DNA from: an uncultured Actinomycetes bacterium
GTDB taxonomy: Bacteria > Actinomycetota > Thermoleophilia > Gaiellales > Gaiellaceae
Length of the DNA: 64,000 nt
Assembly (NCBI GenBank): GCA_963716305.1
Contig: CAVQTB010000004.1
Location: 10,919 to 74,918, forward strand
Reading direction: 5' to 3'
In this document: positions 48,541-58,487 of the stretch, piece by piece
Numbering within the stretch: position 1 is the first letter of the stretch
Layout of the letters: each line of letters begins with the position of its first letter
Notes under the pieces: model-generated
The model's database searches: none
Seen by the model: only the letters and a program-made list of their open reading frames with translations
What the model was told of the DNA's origin: nothing
Translations under genes and position numbers: made by a program

Positions 48541-50034
48541 TCACGTCACCACCGCCGACACCGCGAGCACGACAACGACCACACCGGTGAGCATGGCCAG
48601 CAGCGGCCAGACCCAGCGGAGGTACGTGCCGTACGGGACGCGCGCGATCGCGAGGCCGCCCATGACGACGGCCGACGTCGGAATGAACAGGTTCATCAGG
48701 CCGGAGGCGCTCTGGTACGCGGTCACGACGACCGACTCGGGCACGCCGACGAACCCCGCCAGCGGAGCTGTGATCGGCATCGCCAGGGTCGCGAGTCCCG
48801 ACGACGACGGGATCAGGAACGACAGCGGCAGGAAGAGCGCGAACATCACGATTGCGAACGCGGCCTCGCCTGTGTCGCCCAAGGCACGCTCGACCCAGTG
48901 CAGGACCGTGTCGGTGATCTGGCCGTTGTTCATGATCACCGTGATGCCGCGGGCGATGCCGATGATGAGGGCGACCCCGAGGAGGTCGCGCGCACCGTCG
49001 ACGAAGTTGGCGGTCAGCTCACCTTCACGCATCCGCGCAATCACCCCGATGATGATCGCGAACAGCAGGAAGGAGGCGGTCATCTCCGGGAACCACCACC
49101 ACCAGGTCGGGAATGGAATCCCGAGGTCTTCCCACGGGATCACGCCGTAGATCATCACGACGAACGCCAGCGCGAACACGGCCAGGATCACCTTGTGCGT
49201 GCCCGTGAGCCTGACTTCGCCGGCGTCGGATTCGGCCCGGAAACGCGCTTCGTTCTCGGCCTTCATGTCGTAGACGACCGACTTCGACGGATCCTTCCTG
49301 ACTCGTTCGGCGTAGCGGCTGACGAAGAAGATGCCGATCGCCACGCCGATGATCAGGATCACCAGCCGTCCGACGAGGCCGTCGCTGATCGAGACGCCCG
49401 CGATCCCCGATGCGATTCCCGTCGCGAACGGGTTGACCGTCGATCCGAGGACCCCGATCCCGCAGCCGAGCAGGACGACCGCCGCGCCCGTGAGAGCGTC
49501 GTACCCGGCCGCGATCAGCACCGTGATCACGAGTGCGTAGAAGGCCAGGCTCTCCTCCGCCATCCCGAACGTCGTGCCTCCGAGAGCGAACACGCACATG
49601 AGCACCGGAATCATCAAGCGCTCCTTCCCTGCCATCCGCTGGACGAGGCTGCCGATGCCCGCCTGGATCGCCCCGGTCTTCATCGTCACGCCGAGGAAGC
49701 CGCCGATCACGAGGATGAACAGCGCGATGTCGATCGCGCCGAAGAGCGTGCCGGAGTTGTAGTAGTTGATGTTCCCCGTCGCGTCCTCGATCCCGTACAG
49801 GCCGTTGATCGGGGCTGTAAGCGAGTCGACGAGGATCCGCGACGGCTTCGCGTCGACCTCGTGGTACGTCCCCGGAATCGGCTCACCGGCGGGGTTGAGG
49901 TCGTACGTCCCGGCCGGAATGACCCACGTCGCGATCGCAGCGAGCACGATCAGCGCGAACAGGATCGTGTACGCCGAGGGAAGCGTGAACCGGCTTTTCG
50001 GCGGTTCGGGCTGAGCGGGCGCGGCTTCGCTCAT
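48541..50034 (-). CDS. YfcC/DcuC-superfamily transporter (putative basic amino acid antiporter)
   Basis: In ORF 48541..50256; start MSEAAPAQ at 50034. FTLPSAYTILFALIVLAAIATWVIPAGTYD is the typical YfcC N-terminus. Lies downstream of arcC. Confidence 0.8.
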   Translation of the reverse strand: MSEAAPAQPEPPKSRFTLPSAYTILFALIVLAAIATWVIPAGTYDLNPAGEPIPGTYHEVDAKPSRILVDSLTAPINGLYGIEDATGNINYYNSGTLFGAIDIALFILVIGGFLGVTMKTGAIQAGIGSLVQRMAGKERLMIPVLMCVFALGGTTFGMAEESLAFYALVITVLIAAGYDALTGAAVVLLGCGIGVLGSTVNPFATGIASGIAGVSISDGLVGRLVILIIGVAIGIFFVSRYAERVRKDPSKSVVYDMKAENEARFRAESDAGEVRLTGTHKVILAVFALAFVVMIYGVIPWEDLGIPFPTWWWWFPEMTASFLLFAIIIGVIARMREGELTANFVDGARDLLGVALIIGIARGITVIMNNGQITDTVLHWVERALGDTGEAAFAIVMFALFLPLSFLIPSSSGLATLAMPITAPLAGFVGVPESVVVTAYQSASGLMNLFIPTSAVVMGGLAIARVPYGTYLRWVWPLLAMLTGVVVVVLAVSAVVT

Positions 50035-50113
50035 GCCCGCTCCCGGCGCCGGGCAAGCCGGCGCCTCCGCTCCTTGGAGCCTCCGTCTGTGTCGCCGGCT
50101 CCGGCCAGGCGGC

Positions 50114-51067
50114 TCATGCCACCTCGGCGAGCTCGAGCCCGTCCGCCTCGCTCGTGACGATCGTGCCGGTATCGCCGCGCAGGAGCGCCGGTGTGTCCGA
50201 GATCGAGCCGATCGCGGCCAGGCCGCCAGTCTGCTCGACGAACAGGCAGGCGGCACGGACCTTCGGTCCCATCGAGCCCGCTGCGAACTCCGTGTCGGCG
50301 AGCGCTTCCGGGGTCGCGCGACGGATCGCGCGCTGCTGCGGAGTGCCCCAGTCCGCGTAGACCGCGTCGACGTCCGTGACGATGACCAGCGCGTCCGCCC
50401 GCAGGTCCTTGGCGAGGAGCGCGCTCGCGAGGTCCTTGTCGATCACGGCCTCGACGCCGACGAGCTGGCGCCCGGCCGGCGCGGGCTCGTCGGTGTACAT
50501 GACAGGGATGCCGCCGCCGCCCGCGCAGATGACGACACAGTCGCGGTCGAGCAGCCACTCCAGCGGCTCGATCCCGAATATCCGCTGTGGCAGAGGCGAG
50601 GGGACGACGCGGCGGAAGCTGTCGCCGTCCGGCTTGAACGTCCAGCCCTTCTCCTCAGCAAGCCGTGCGGAGTCGGCCTCGTTGTAGATCGGGCCGATCG
50701 GCTTCGTCGGGTCGCCGAAGGCGGGATCGTTTCGATCGACCTCGACCAGGGTCAGCAGCGACGCGAGGCGCTTCTCGAATGGCAGCTCGTTGCCGAGCTC
50801 CTGCTGGATGAGGTAGCCGATCATCCCCTCCGTCTGCGCGCCCAGCAGGTCGAGCGGGTACGGCTCGACCTCGGTGTACGCGGAGCCCTGCAGCGCGAGC
50901 AACCCGACCTGCGGCCCGTTCCCGTGCGAGATCACGAGCTCGTGGTCGAGCGCAAGCGGGGCCAGCGCCTTGCACGCCACTCGGGCGTTCGCGCGCTGGT
51001 TCTCGGCCGTGAGCGGCTGCCCGCGCCGGAGCAGCGCGTTCCCGCCCAGTGCGACGACGACCCGCAT
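50114..51067 (-). CDS. arcC: Carbamate kinase
   Basis: In ORF 50114..51673; start [16 protein letters not shown] at 51067. [10 protein letters not shown]; C-terminal GGIPV...[10 protein letters not shown]. Confidence 0.92.
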   Translation of the reverse strand: MRVVVALGGNALLRRGQPLTAENQRANARVACKALAPLALDHELVISHGNGPQVGLLALQGSAYTEVEPYPLDLLGAQTEGMIGYLIQQELGNELPFEKRLASLLTLVEVDRNDPAFGDPTKPIGPIYNEADSARLAEEKGWTFKPDGDSFRRVVPSPLPQRIFGIEPLEWLLDRDCVVICAGGGGIPVMYTDEPAPAGRQLVGVEAVIDKDLASALLAKDLRADALVIVTDVDAVYADWGTPQQRAIRRATPEALADTEFAAGSMGPKVRAACLFVEQTGGLAAIGSISDTPALLRGDTGTIVTSEADGLELAEVA

Positions 51068-51069
51068 CC

Positions 51070-52077
51070 TCAGCTTCCCAGCGTCGCGACCATCACGGCT
51101 TTGATCGTGTGCAGCCGGTTCTCCGCCTCGTCGAAGACCAGCGACGCGGGCGACTCGAAGACCTCCTCTGTCACCTCGAGCGCATCCATCCCGAACTTCT
51201 CGAAGATCTCCTTGCCGACCTGAGTCTCCGTATTGTGGAACGCGGGGAGGCAGTGCATGAACTTCACGTCCGGGTTGCCCGTCGCGGCCATCGTCTCGGC
51301 GTTGATCTGGTACGGCTTGAGCAGCTCGATCCGCTCTGCCCAGACCTCGTCGGGCTCGCCCATCGAAACCCAGACGTCGGTGAGCAGCACGTCGCACGCG
51401 CGCACCGCCTCGGCGACGTCCTCGGTGATCGTGATCTGGGCGCCCGTCTCGGCCGCCGTCGAGCGGGCGAGCTCCACGATCTCCTCGCGCGGCCAGAGCG
51501 ACTGCGGACTGGCGATGCGGACGTCCATGCCGAGCTTGGCGCCGGCGACCAGGTAGGAGTCCGCCATGTTGAAGCGGGCGTCGCCGAGGTAGCAGAAGAC
51601 GACTTCGTTGAGCGGCTTCCCGAGATGCTCCCGGAAGGTGAGGAAGTCGGCCAGCATCTGGGTCGGGTGCCACTCGTCGGTGAGCCCGTTGTAGATCGGG
51701 ACACCGGCCCAGCGGGCGAGCTCCTCGGCCGTCTCCTGAGCGAAGCCGCGGTACTCGATCGCGTCGTACATACGGCCGAGAACACGGGCCGTGTCCTTGA
51801 CCGTCTCCTTGTGGCCCATGTGCGAGCCGGAGGGGCCGATGAAAGTCACGTGTGCGCCCTGGTCATAGGCGGCAACCTCGAACGCGCAGCGAGTGCGCGT
51901 CGAGTCCTTCTCGAAGATCAGCGCGATCTCCTTGCCGATCAACTTCTGCTCCTCGCGCCCTTCGCTCTTGGCAGCCTTGAGCTCCGCCGCCAAGTCGATC
52001 AGGTAGGTGATCTCGTCCGGTGTGAAGTCGGCCAGCTTCATGAGGTGCCGGCCGCGAAGATCGACCATCGTGCTCAT
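51070..52077 (-). CDS. arcB: Ornithine carbamoyltransferase
   Basis: 335 aa; [29 protein letters not shown]. Confidence 0.93.
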   Translation of the reverse strand: MSTMVDLRGRHLMKLADFTPDEITYLIDLAAELKAAKSEGREEQKLIGKEIALIFEKDSTRTRCAFEVAAYDQGAHVTFIGPSGSHMGHKETVKDTARVLGRMYDAIEYRGFAQETAEELARWAGVPIYNGLTDEWHPTQMLADFLTFREHLGKPLNEVVFCYLGDARFNMADSYLVAGAKLGMDVRIASPQSLWPREEIVELARSTAAETGAQITITEDVAEAVRACDVLLTDVWVSMGEPDEVWAERIELLKPYQINAETMAATGNPDVKFMHCLPAFHNTETQVGKEIFEKFGMDALEVTEEVFESPASLVFDEAENRLHTIKAVMVATLGS

Positions 52078-52093
52078 CTCGTTCTCCCTTCTT

Positions 52094-53326
52094 TCAGGCG
52101 TCGCGGGCGACAGGACAGGTCATGCAGTGACCGCCGCCACGCCCGCGTCCAAGCTCCTGACCCGCGATGGCGAGCACCTCGATGCCGGCTTTCGCCAGCT
52201 TGGTGTTCGTCGCCTCGTTGCGCTCATAGGCGACCACGACGCCCGGCTCGAGTGCGACCACGTTGTTGCCGTCGTCCCACTGGTTCCGCTCGGCTTCGAA
52301 CTCGTCGCCGCCGGTCGTCACCAGCTTCAGCTCGGCGATCCCGAGTGCGTCCCGGACCTCATCGAGGAACGAGCGCTCCGACACCTCGGCCTGCACGCCG
52401 GACGCGCCGCCCGGCTTGAACAGAATCGGCCGGATCTGCGACACGACCGGCTCGTACAGCGTCACGACGTCGCGGTCGCAGAAGGTGAAGACCGTGTCGA
52501 GGTGCATCGCGGCTCGCTCCCGCGGCATCTGCGCCCCGATGATCAGCCGCGCCGCCCCAGCCTCGAACAGGTTCTTCGCCAGGATGCTGACCGCGCGCGC
52601 GGTGCTGCGCTCGCCCATGCCGATCAGGACGACGCCGTCGCCGGCGGGCATCATGTCGCCGCCCTCCATCCGAGCGAGGCCCCAGTCATGGTCGGCGCCG
52701 CCGAACCAGATCGGGAAGCCGGCGTCGCGAAAGCGCGGGTGGAAGCGGTAGATCGCCTCGACGTTCAGCGTCTCGAGCTGGCGCGCCGGCCAGAACATCG
52801 GATTGAGCGAGACCCCGCCGTAGAGCCAGGCGCTCGTGTCGCGCGTGAAGAGCTGGTTCGGAAGCGGCGCCAGGACGAAATCCGTGGGACGTAGCGCCGG
52901 CCCGATCGCCGACCGCAGCTCGTCAGGCAGCTCGAGCACGGTGACACCGCCGGTCAACCTGGTCGCCAGCTCGTCCGCCGGCATCTCGGTCAGCCACTCT
53001 CTCAGCGGCTCCGCGAACATCACGGTCACATCCTCGGGCCGGACGCGGCGTGACAGCAGCCACTCGCGCCCCTCACGGTCCTCGAGGGTCTGGGCGAGCA
53101 ACTCGTGCAGCAGCAGCACCTCGACACCGCGGGAGCGCATCAGGTCGACGAACGCGTCGAACTCCTGCCGCGCACGTCGCACCCAGATCACGTCGTCGAA
53201 GAGCAGCTCATGGCAGTTCGTGGGCGAGAGCCGCTCGTGCGCCAGGTCCGGTCGGTGGACCATCACCGTGCGGAGCTTCCCGACCTCCGAATTCGCTCCG
53301 AGAACCGTTTCGGTGACCGTGCTCAT
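52094..53326 (-). CDS. arcA: Arginine deiminase
   Basis: ATG at 53326 preceded by AAGGAG; the track ORF opens on an upstream [18 protein letters not shown]... and the C-terminal GGGHCMTCP catalytic Cys block. Confidence 0.92.
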   Translation of the reverse strand: MSTVTETVLGANSEVGKLRTVMVHRPDLAHERLSPTNCHELLFDDVIWVRRARQEFDAFVDLMRSRGVEVLLLHELLAQTLEDREGREWLLSRRVRPEDVTVMFAEPLREWLTEMPADELATRLTGGVTVLELPDELRSAIGPALRPTDFVLAPLPNQLFTRDTSAWLYGGVSLNPMFWPARQLETLNVEAIYRFHPRFRDAGFPIWFGGADHDWGLARMEGGDMMPAGDGVVLIGMGERSTARAVSILAKNLFEAGAARLIIGAQMPRERAAMHLDTVFTFCDRDVVTLYEPVVSQIRPILFKPGGASGVQAEVSERSFLDEVRDALGIAELKLVTTGGDEFEAERNQWDDGNNVVALEPGVVVAYERNEATNTKLAKAGIEVLAIAGQELGRGRGGGHCMTCPVARDA

Positions 53327-53458
53327 TCCCGTACTCCTTTCACCCCTCAACTGAGTCGCCCGAAGAGCGTATTACCACCAGCGATCCGCCGGGGACCGCG
53401 CAGCTGCCCGAAGAGTCGAGTCGGAAGTCATGACCCCCGTGCGGAGCACGGCGCAAAG

Positions 53459-55028
53459 TCAGCGGGCTGCCGGGAGGATGTATGTCTCGAGCAGCCAGCG
53501 CGTGACGGTGCTCGCGTCGACGCTCGCCGGGAGGTGCGCCGTGATCACGGCGACGAGGTCCTTCCCGGGGTCGACGACGGCGGTTTGCCCGTAGAGGCCG
53601 GCCATGTACGCGTAGCCGTCGGCGCGGTCGAGCCACCAGAGGTAGCCGTACTCGTACTGGGGGTCTGCGACGTGGTCTGTCGTCGACTGCTCGACCCAGG
53701 CGGCGGGGACGATCTGGTCGGCCGTCCCAGCGGCCGTGGTGGAGGTAGAGGAAGGCGAGCTTGGCGAGGTCGCGCGGCTGCAGCTGCAGGCCGAACCCTC
53801 CGGCGTTGACGCCCTCCGGGGCGGTAAGCCACTTGTACTGGCGGATGCCGAGGGGCGCGAAGAGCCGCTTTGCAGCGAGCGCTGCGGCGGGGCGACCCGT
53901 CAGAACCGTGGTCACCGCCGAGACTAGGTGGGACGTGCCGCTGTTGTAGGCGAAGGTCGTTCCGGGCTGCGTGGCCATCGGGCGGTCGATCACGTAGTTC
54001 GTCCAGCTCTTCGTCGTGAACATCGTCATGACGTCGTTGCCGCTGCCGGGCGTGTAGGCGTAGCCCGACTCTCTCCACGCGAGCCCGGACTGCATCGTCA
54101 GCAGGTCGTCGATCGTCATCGCCCGCTTGCGCGCGTCGGTGTGCTTCGGGACGTAATGGCGGGCGGCGGCGAGGCGCAGCACCGGCGTCTTCACGGTGAT
54201 GCCGGTCGCGGCCTTCTCCTGCAGGGCGATCCCGAGCAGCATCGAGGTGACCGACTTCGTCGCCGACTGCAGCTCGTGCAGGCGCCCGGACGCATACGGC
54301 TCGCCGAGCTTGCCCGAGGCGAACGGCCCGAATGACGAGTCGAGCACGACGTAGCCGTGGCGGATGACGGTGACGCTGTCGATCGGCAGCTTCGCGCTGC
54401 GGATCTCGGCGAGCATCGCGTCGAGCCGTTGGCTGTCCATCCCCTGCGACGCCGGGGAGGCGGTGCGCCAGCCGGCCGTCGGCCAGTACGCCGGGACGGG
54501 GGGCGCGGTCGCGAGCACGCTGCTCGGCTGCTCGGGCGGCCCCGGTGCGAAGCTGTCGAGCGCGGGCAGCAGAGCGGTCTGTACGAGCCGTCCGAGCTCG
54601 GCACGGCGCGCGACGAGCGCTGCGACCTCGGCGTTCGCGCCGTCCTTCGCCACCGCGAGCGCGACCGCGAGCTTCGGCTGCCCTGCTTCGTGGCCACGGT
54701 AGCGCTGCCAGTGCAGCTGTTCACCCACGCGCTCGCCGTCCCGTGCTGTCGTGGTGATCCCCTCGCCGGTCGAGAGCTGGCGCAGCGCGGCGGCCGGAGT
54801 ACGGTTGCGGTACGTCCGAAGGAGCAGTCGCGTCGGGTCGGCCAGCGGTTCGCTGCGCACGAACTCGGATCCGGTCACGACCGATGTCCAGCCGGCCGGC
54901 ACGTTCGCCGTCCAACCCTGGCTCGGCTCGTGGTAGCGCACGTACCCCGAGCCGGTTCCCGGCGCCGAACCGCCGACCGCGGCTGCAGCCATCGCGACGG
55001 CAACAAGACTGAACGTGACAACACGCAT
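53459..55028 (-). pseudogene. Exported serine hydrolase (beta-lactamase/DD-peptidase fold) with one frameshift
   Basis: In ORF 53340..55670; signal peptide start at 55028. SATKS nucleophile motif. After ...YLHHGRWDG the true continuation DQIVPAAWVEQSTTDHVADPQYEYGYLWWL...ITAHLP...LPAAR-stop (53459) lies in another frame. Shift near 53722-53732. Confidence 0.75.
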
Positions 55029-55439
55029 GATCGCGCCTCTCTGGATGATCCGACGCAACATCCGCTCCGGCATCAGTGCCGTCCCGGATCCCCTTGCCAG
55101 AAACCCGAGGTCGGCAATCCGAGCCGATCGTTCGTCCTGTCCCGCGTCGCCTCGGATGCCACCAGCCTGCGGGAAACCCACGTCGCGCATCTGGCCGGAA
55201 GATGATGGAGGCGGCGGGTTCGATGGGAGCGAAGATCCCCGCAGCAACGCGCCGTAGGTCGACACGTGCGACCCGATTGCGACCGCGACGGCCGATGCGA
55301 CGTGCGGCCTAGGGTCGTCCATGCCACCTCCCGTAGATCGGTCGGCTGCCTCGCACGGGAGCCGCGGTCCGTGTCGTATGCCACACCCGAAGTAGAGTGC
55401 CGTGATCGCATCAATCCCTACACGCGGAAAGGAACCGTC

Positions 55440-55709
55440 ATGCCAAGAGTCGTGATCACCCACGCTGTCGTCGACGTGGAGCGCTGGCTGAAAGGCAAGG
55501 CCGCTCGCGCCGAGGCGATCCAGTCGGGGTCCGGAAGCGACGTGACCGACTACGTGGCACGCGACGGTAGCAACAACATCGCCGTCACAGCCGACGTCAG
55601 CGACCTCTCCGCCCTGCAGGCGATGCTGGCCTCCCCGCCTCCCGAGGTCTTGGCGAAGATGGAGGAGCACTGCGTGATCCCTCCCATCACGGCCTACGTC
55701 GAAGCGTAG
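55440..55709 (+). CDS. Hypothetical 89-aa protein
   Basis: ATG at 55440 after GGAAAGGAA, in ORF 55266..55709; GC3-rich coding. Confidence 0.5.
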   Translation: MPRVVITHAVVDVERWLKGKAARAEAIQSGSGSDVTDYVARDGSNNIAVTADVSDLSALQAMLASPPPEVLAKMEEHCVIPPITAYVEA

Positions 55710-55787
55710 TCTCGCGCTCGTCTCCCGAGCGACAGACGGGCCCGAACGGCGACGGCCCGCGAGAGCCTGGGCTTCGGCGAGCTGCAG

Positions 55788-55812
55788 TGGAGGCGGCGGG
55801 AATCGAACCCGC
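55788..55812 (-). repeat. Exact copy of the ssrA 3' end (25 nt)
   Basis: tggaggcggcgggaatcgaacccgc is identical to 59595-59619. Confidence 0.85.
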
Positions 55813-55959
55813 CGAACGTTGCTATCGACGCCGCAGAGGCATAGATGGCGCCGCGGTCATTTGTGGTGCTAGGTGTAGGAGAGGATCCGGCAACGATCCG
55901 GCTCGTGCCCGAGCAAACTGGTAGGCGGTCGCTCGAGCCGTTGCGGAGAGGCGGCGGCG

Positions 55960-56400
55960 CTAGTCCGGCATCTCGTTGATGCCGGCATAGATGTGGATCT
56001 CCATGCCCTCGGCGCCGATCGTTCCCTCGCCGATGCAGACGATGTCGTTCAGCCAGCGGTAGCTCTCGTGATCCGACTCGAACCAGCCGACCAGGTTTTG
56101 CTGTCCCGGGTTCGTTCCTTCGAAGATCGTCCGCCCACGGAACTCGAAGAGGATGGACGCGCCGTCGTGGGTCGTGATCAGCCCGCGCGCGTTCGGCAGC
56201 ATGCGGCCGTCGGTGCGCCGCCGCGGGTAGTTCGACCACACGACAGTGCCGTCGATCCGCCCGGTCGCGGTTCCACGGCCTTCGCCGTAGCCGATGCCTT
56301 CACCGCTGTCGTACGCGCTCACGATCGCGTATCCAGGCGCCCCGACGCGGACGCCCTCGTCGTAGCTCCAGTGAAAGATCGACAGCGGCTCGAGACGCAT
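55960..56400 (-). CDS. Hypothetical protein (DUF3237-like beta-barrel, tentative)
   Basis: 146-aa ORF with a coherent beta-rich sequence. Family assignment is from memory only. Confidence 0.5.
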   Translation of the reverse strand: MRLEPLSIFHWSYDEGVRVGAPGYAIVSAYDSGEGIGYGEGRGTATGRIDGTVVWSNYPRRRTDGRMLPNARGLITTHDGASILFEFRGRTIFEGTNPGQQNLVGWFESDHESYRWLNDIVCIGEGTIGAEGMEIHIYAGINEMPD

Positions 56401-56529
56401 ATCGGGATTGTTACCCCGCGAGCGGCCAACGACGAACTATCAGGGCAGCGTGGTTTGCGGTTACACCCGCCGTCACGACTCGTTCAAGGCGAACCGTTCC
56501 GGACGGAAATCGCCATGAGCGGCTGGAAA

Positions 56530-56555
56530 TGGAGGCGGCGGGAATCGAACCCGCG
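56530..56555 (-). repeat. Exact copy of the ssrA 3' end (26 nt)
   Basis: tggaggcggcgggaatcgaacccgcg is identical to 59595-59620. The next ~80 nt are also shared with the stretch after the 39053 copy. Confidence 0.85.
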
Positions 56556-56611
56556 GAAGGTTTCAATCGCCGCCGTCGGCGCGCCGTGAACGTACGCACG
56601 ACCGCGTAGCT

Positions 56612-57107
56612 TCCGTCCGCGTGTAAGCGGGGCTGGTCAGCCTCCGACGCGGCGATACACGTAGGTCACCTCGGCGCTACCGATGCCGACGATGATCACG
56701 ATCTCCTTGAAGTCTGCGTAGCCCGCCGACAGCGGCACCTTGAACGTCTTTGAGTCCGACGGCGGATTCGGATAGTTGGCGGAGGCTCGACCAACGAAAT
56801 CCGGGGCACGCGCCCCGAACTCGATCAGAAGCGGCTGAACCGGCACGACATCGGAGACTACGAGCGCAAGTGTGAGCGTGTACGACTTCCCGGCGACGAG
56901 CGTCTGGGGCACCTTGAACGTGTAGTCGACCTTCCATTCGCCCCCCTTGCCCGCGCCGCCGTATTGACCCGTGTGGTCCCAGAGCGCCTTCCCGCCCGCA
57001 GCATCGACCGTCACCTCAGGCGCGTCCGGGTTCGTGACTTTGTTCGAGGTCAGCACGAACGAGCCCGCGGCCGGCTTCGGCTGCTGCGACGTGCCGGAAT
57101 TCTCGCA
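56612..57107 (-). repeat. 496-bp perfect direct repeat, copy A
   Basis: Base-for-base identical to 57992-58487 (offset 1380) by my line-by-line comparison. Covers the 3' UTR and the last ~157 codons of P2. Confidence 0.85.
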
Positions 57108-57896
57108 TCGCGGCTGAGCTGCAGACGTCTTTCGTGTGCCTGCTCGTACCATCGTGGCGGATCCGGTCGGGGCACTCGATCCGAGATGCTTCCAGGAGAA
57201 CTTGTTCGCGGAATGGACCGTGAGGTCGACGGAGGTGCGCCGCCACACCACCGCCGTCAAGCCCAGGAACGGGTACTGCCTCGGCGCTCCGAAGACCAAC
57301 CGTCCGAGCCACTCGGTGTAGTAGCTCGTCGTCCAATCGTCGGCCGGAAACGCTCTCGTGTGCACAGGTGGCTTTTCGCGGGACACCGCGAACATTTGCC
57401 TCAGCGACCAGTTCTTCCCGGGCCCGACGAAGTAGTTCGGCAAGGTCGTCGCCTGCAGTGTGCTGTAGCACGTCCCGGTCCGGTCCGGGACCTGCAGGAA
57501 GTGGTCGATGCGGGCGTCCGCGGCCCTCCGGTTCGCGGTCACGATGCCGGTGTGGTCGTTCCCGAAGATCAGCACGTCGTCCTTCTTCAGGATCTTGTCG
57601 ATCTTCTCGCCGGACGCGAGTTGAGTCACGTCGAGCTTGATGTCGTACCAGCGCACGACGTCCCCAGCGGTAGGGGCCGTCGCCTTGATCTGGAGCACCG
57701 GCTCGTAGCCGAGCTTCCGCAGCTTGGCGCGCAGCTGGTCGACGCTGAGGCGGTTCTGGTCCGCGTTCTTCTCGTCGATCTGAAACGCGACCCAGTCGAA
57801 GCACCACGTGATCGCGTGCGCGCTCTGGCTCCCGGCCCCCGCGACGACTGCCGCGGCGATCACAAGGACAACGAACCGCAGCCTCAAATGTCGCAT
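56637..57896 (-). CDS. Modular exported protein P2: paralogue of P1 with an in-frame ~73-aa deletion of the middle domain
   Basis: 419 aa. Same signal peptide and ITWCFDW / FGNDHTGIV head as P1. The C-terminal domain is nucleotide-identical to that of P3. Confidence 0.8.
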   Translation of the reverse strand: MRHLRLRFVVLVIAAAVVAGAGSQSAHAITWCFDWVAFQIDEKNADQNRLSVDQLRAKLRKLGYEPVLQIKATAPTAGDVVRWYDIKLDVTQLASGEKIDKILKKDDVLIFGNDHTGIVTANRRAADARIDHFLQVPDRTGTCYSTLQATTLPNYFVGPGKNWSLRQMFAVSREKPPVHTRAFPADDWTTSYYTEWLGRLVFGAPRQYPFLGLTAVVWRRTSVDLTVHSANKFSWKHLGSSAPTGSATMVRAGTRKTSAAQPRCENSGTSQQPKPAAGSFVLTSNKVTNPDAPEVTVDAAGGKALWDHTGQYGGAGKGGEWKVDYTFKVPQTLVAGKSYTLTLALVVSDVVPVQPLLIEFGARAPDFVGRASANYPNPPSDSKTFKVPLSAGYADFKEIVIIVGIGSAEVTYVYRRVGG

Positions 57897-57922
57897 GAAA
57901 GACCCCTCCTGACGCCAGGCCC

Positions 57923-57951
57923 TTCATGACAGAAGCCCGTGCCCGTGTCAA
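57923..57951 (-). promoter_or_regulatory. Sigma-70-type promoter candidate for P2
   Basis: Minus strand TTGACA, 17 nt, CATGAA; homologous to the P1 upstream region. Confidence 0.45.
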
Positions 57952-57991
57952 GCATTCGCCGGCTGCGTTCCGGTCGCGGCGCCTGCGAGCG

Positions 57992-58487
57992 TCCGTCCGC
58001 GTGTAAGCGGGGCTGGTCAGCCTCCGACGCGGCGATACACGTAGGTCACCTCGGCGCTACCGATGCCGACGATGATCACGATCTCCTTGAAGTCTGCGTA
58101 GCCCGCCGACAGCGGCACCTTGAACGTCTTTGAGTCCGACGGCGGATTCGGATAGTTGGCGGAGGCTCGACCAACGAAATCCGGGGCACGCGCCCCGAAC
58201 TCGATCAGAAGCGGCTGAACCGGCACGACATCGGAGACTACGAGCGCAAGTGTGAGCGTGTACGACTTCCCGGCGACGAGCGTCTGGGGCACCTTGAACG
58301 TGTAGTCGACCTTCCATTCGCCCCCCTTGCCCGCGCCGCCGTATTGACCCGTGTGGTCCCAGAGCGCCTTCCCGCCCGCAGCATCGACCGTCACCTCAGG
58401 CGCGTCCGGGTTCGTGACTTTGTTCGAGGTCAGCACGAACGAGCCCGCGGCCGGCTTCGGCTGCTGCGACGTGCCGGAATTCTCGCA
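57992..58487 (-). repeat. 496-bp perfect direct repeat, copy B
   Basis: Identical to 56612-57107. Covers the 3' UTR and the last ~157 codons of P3. Confidence 0.85.

Noticed and set aside
46645-50157. Very long plus-strand ORF (1170 aa). Similar long ORFs occur at 355..1566 +, 15080..16486 +, 25489..26988 -, 24303..25295 - and 18356..20134 - (upstream part).
   Set aside because: Their translations are Arg/Pro/Gly/Asp-rich low-complexity strings typical of out-of-frame or antisense reading in ~70 percent GC DNA. They overlap genes with clear family signatures on the other strand or frame (P-type ATPase, YfcC, esterase, FN3-repeat protein, HD-GYP/LuxR).
56530-56610. Could the ssrA-end copies be complete tRNA or tmRNA genes?
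   Set aside because: Upstream of each T-arm copy there is no GGAGGCG 5' acceptor strand, D-arm or anticodon arm at tRNA spacing, and no tmRNA body. Only the T-arm plus 3' acceptor strand is present.
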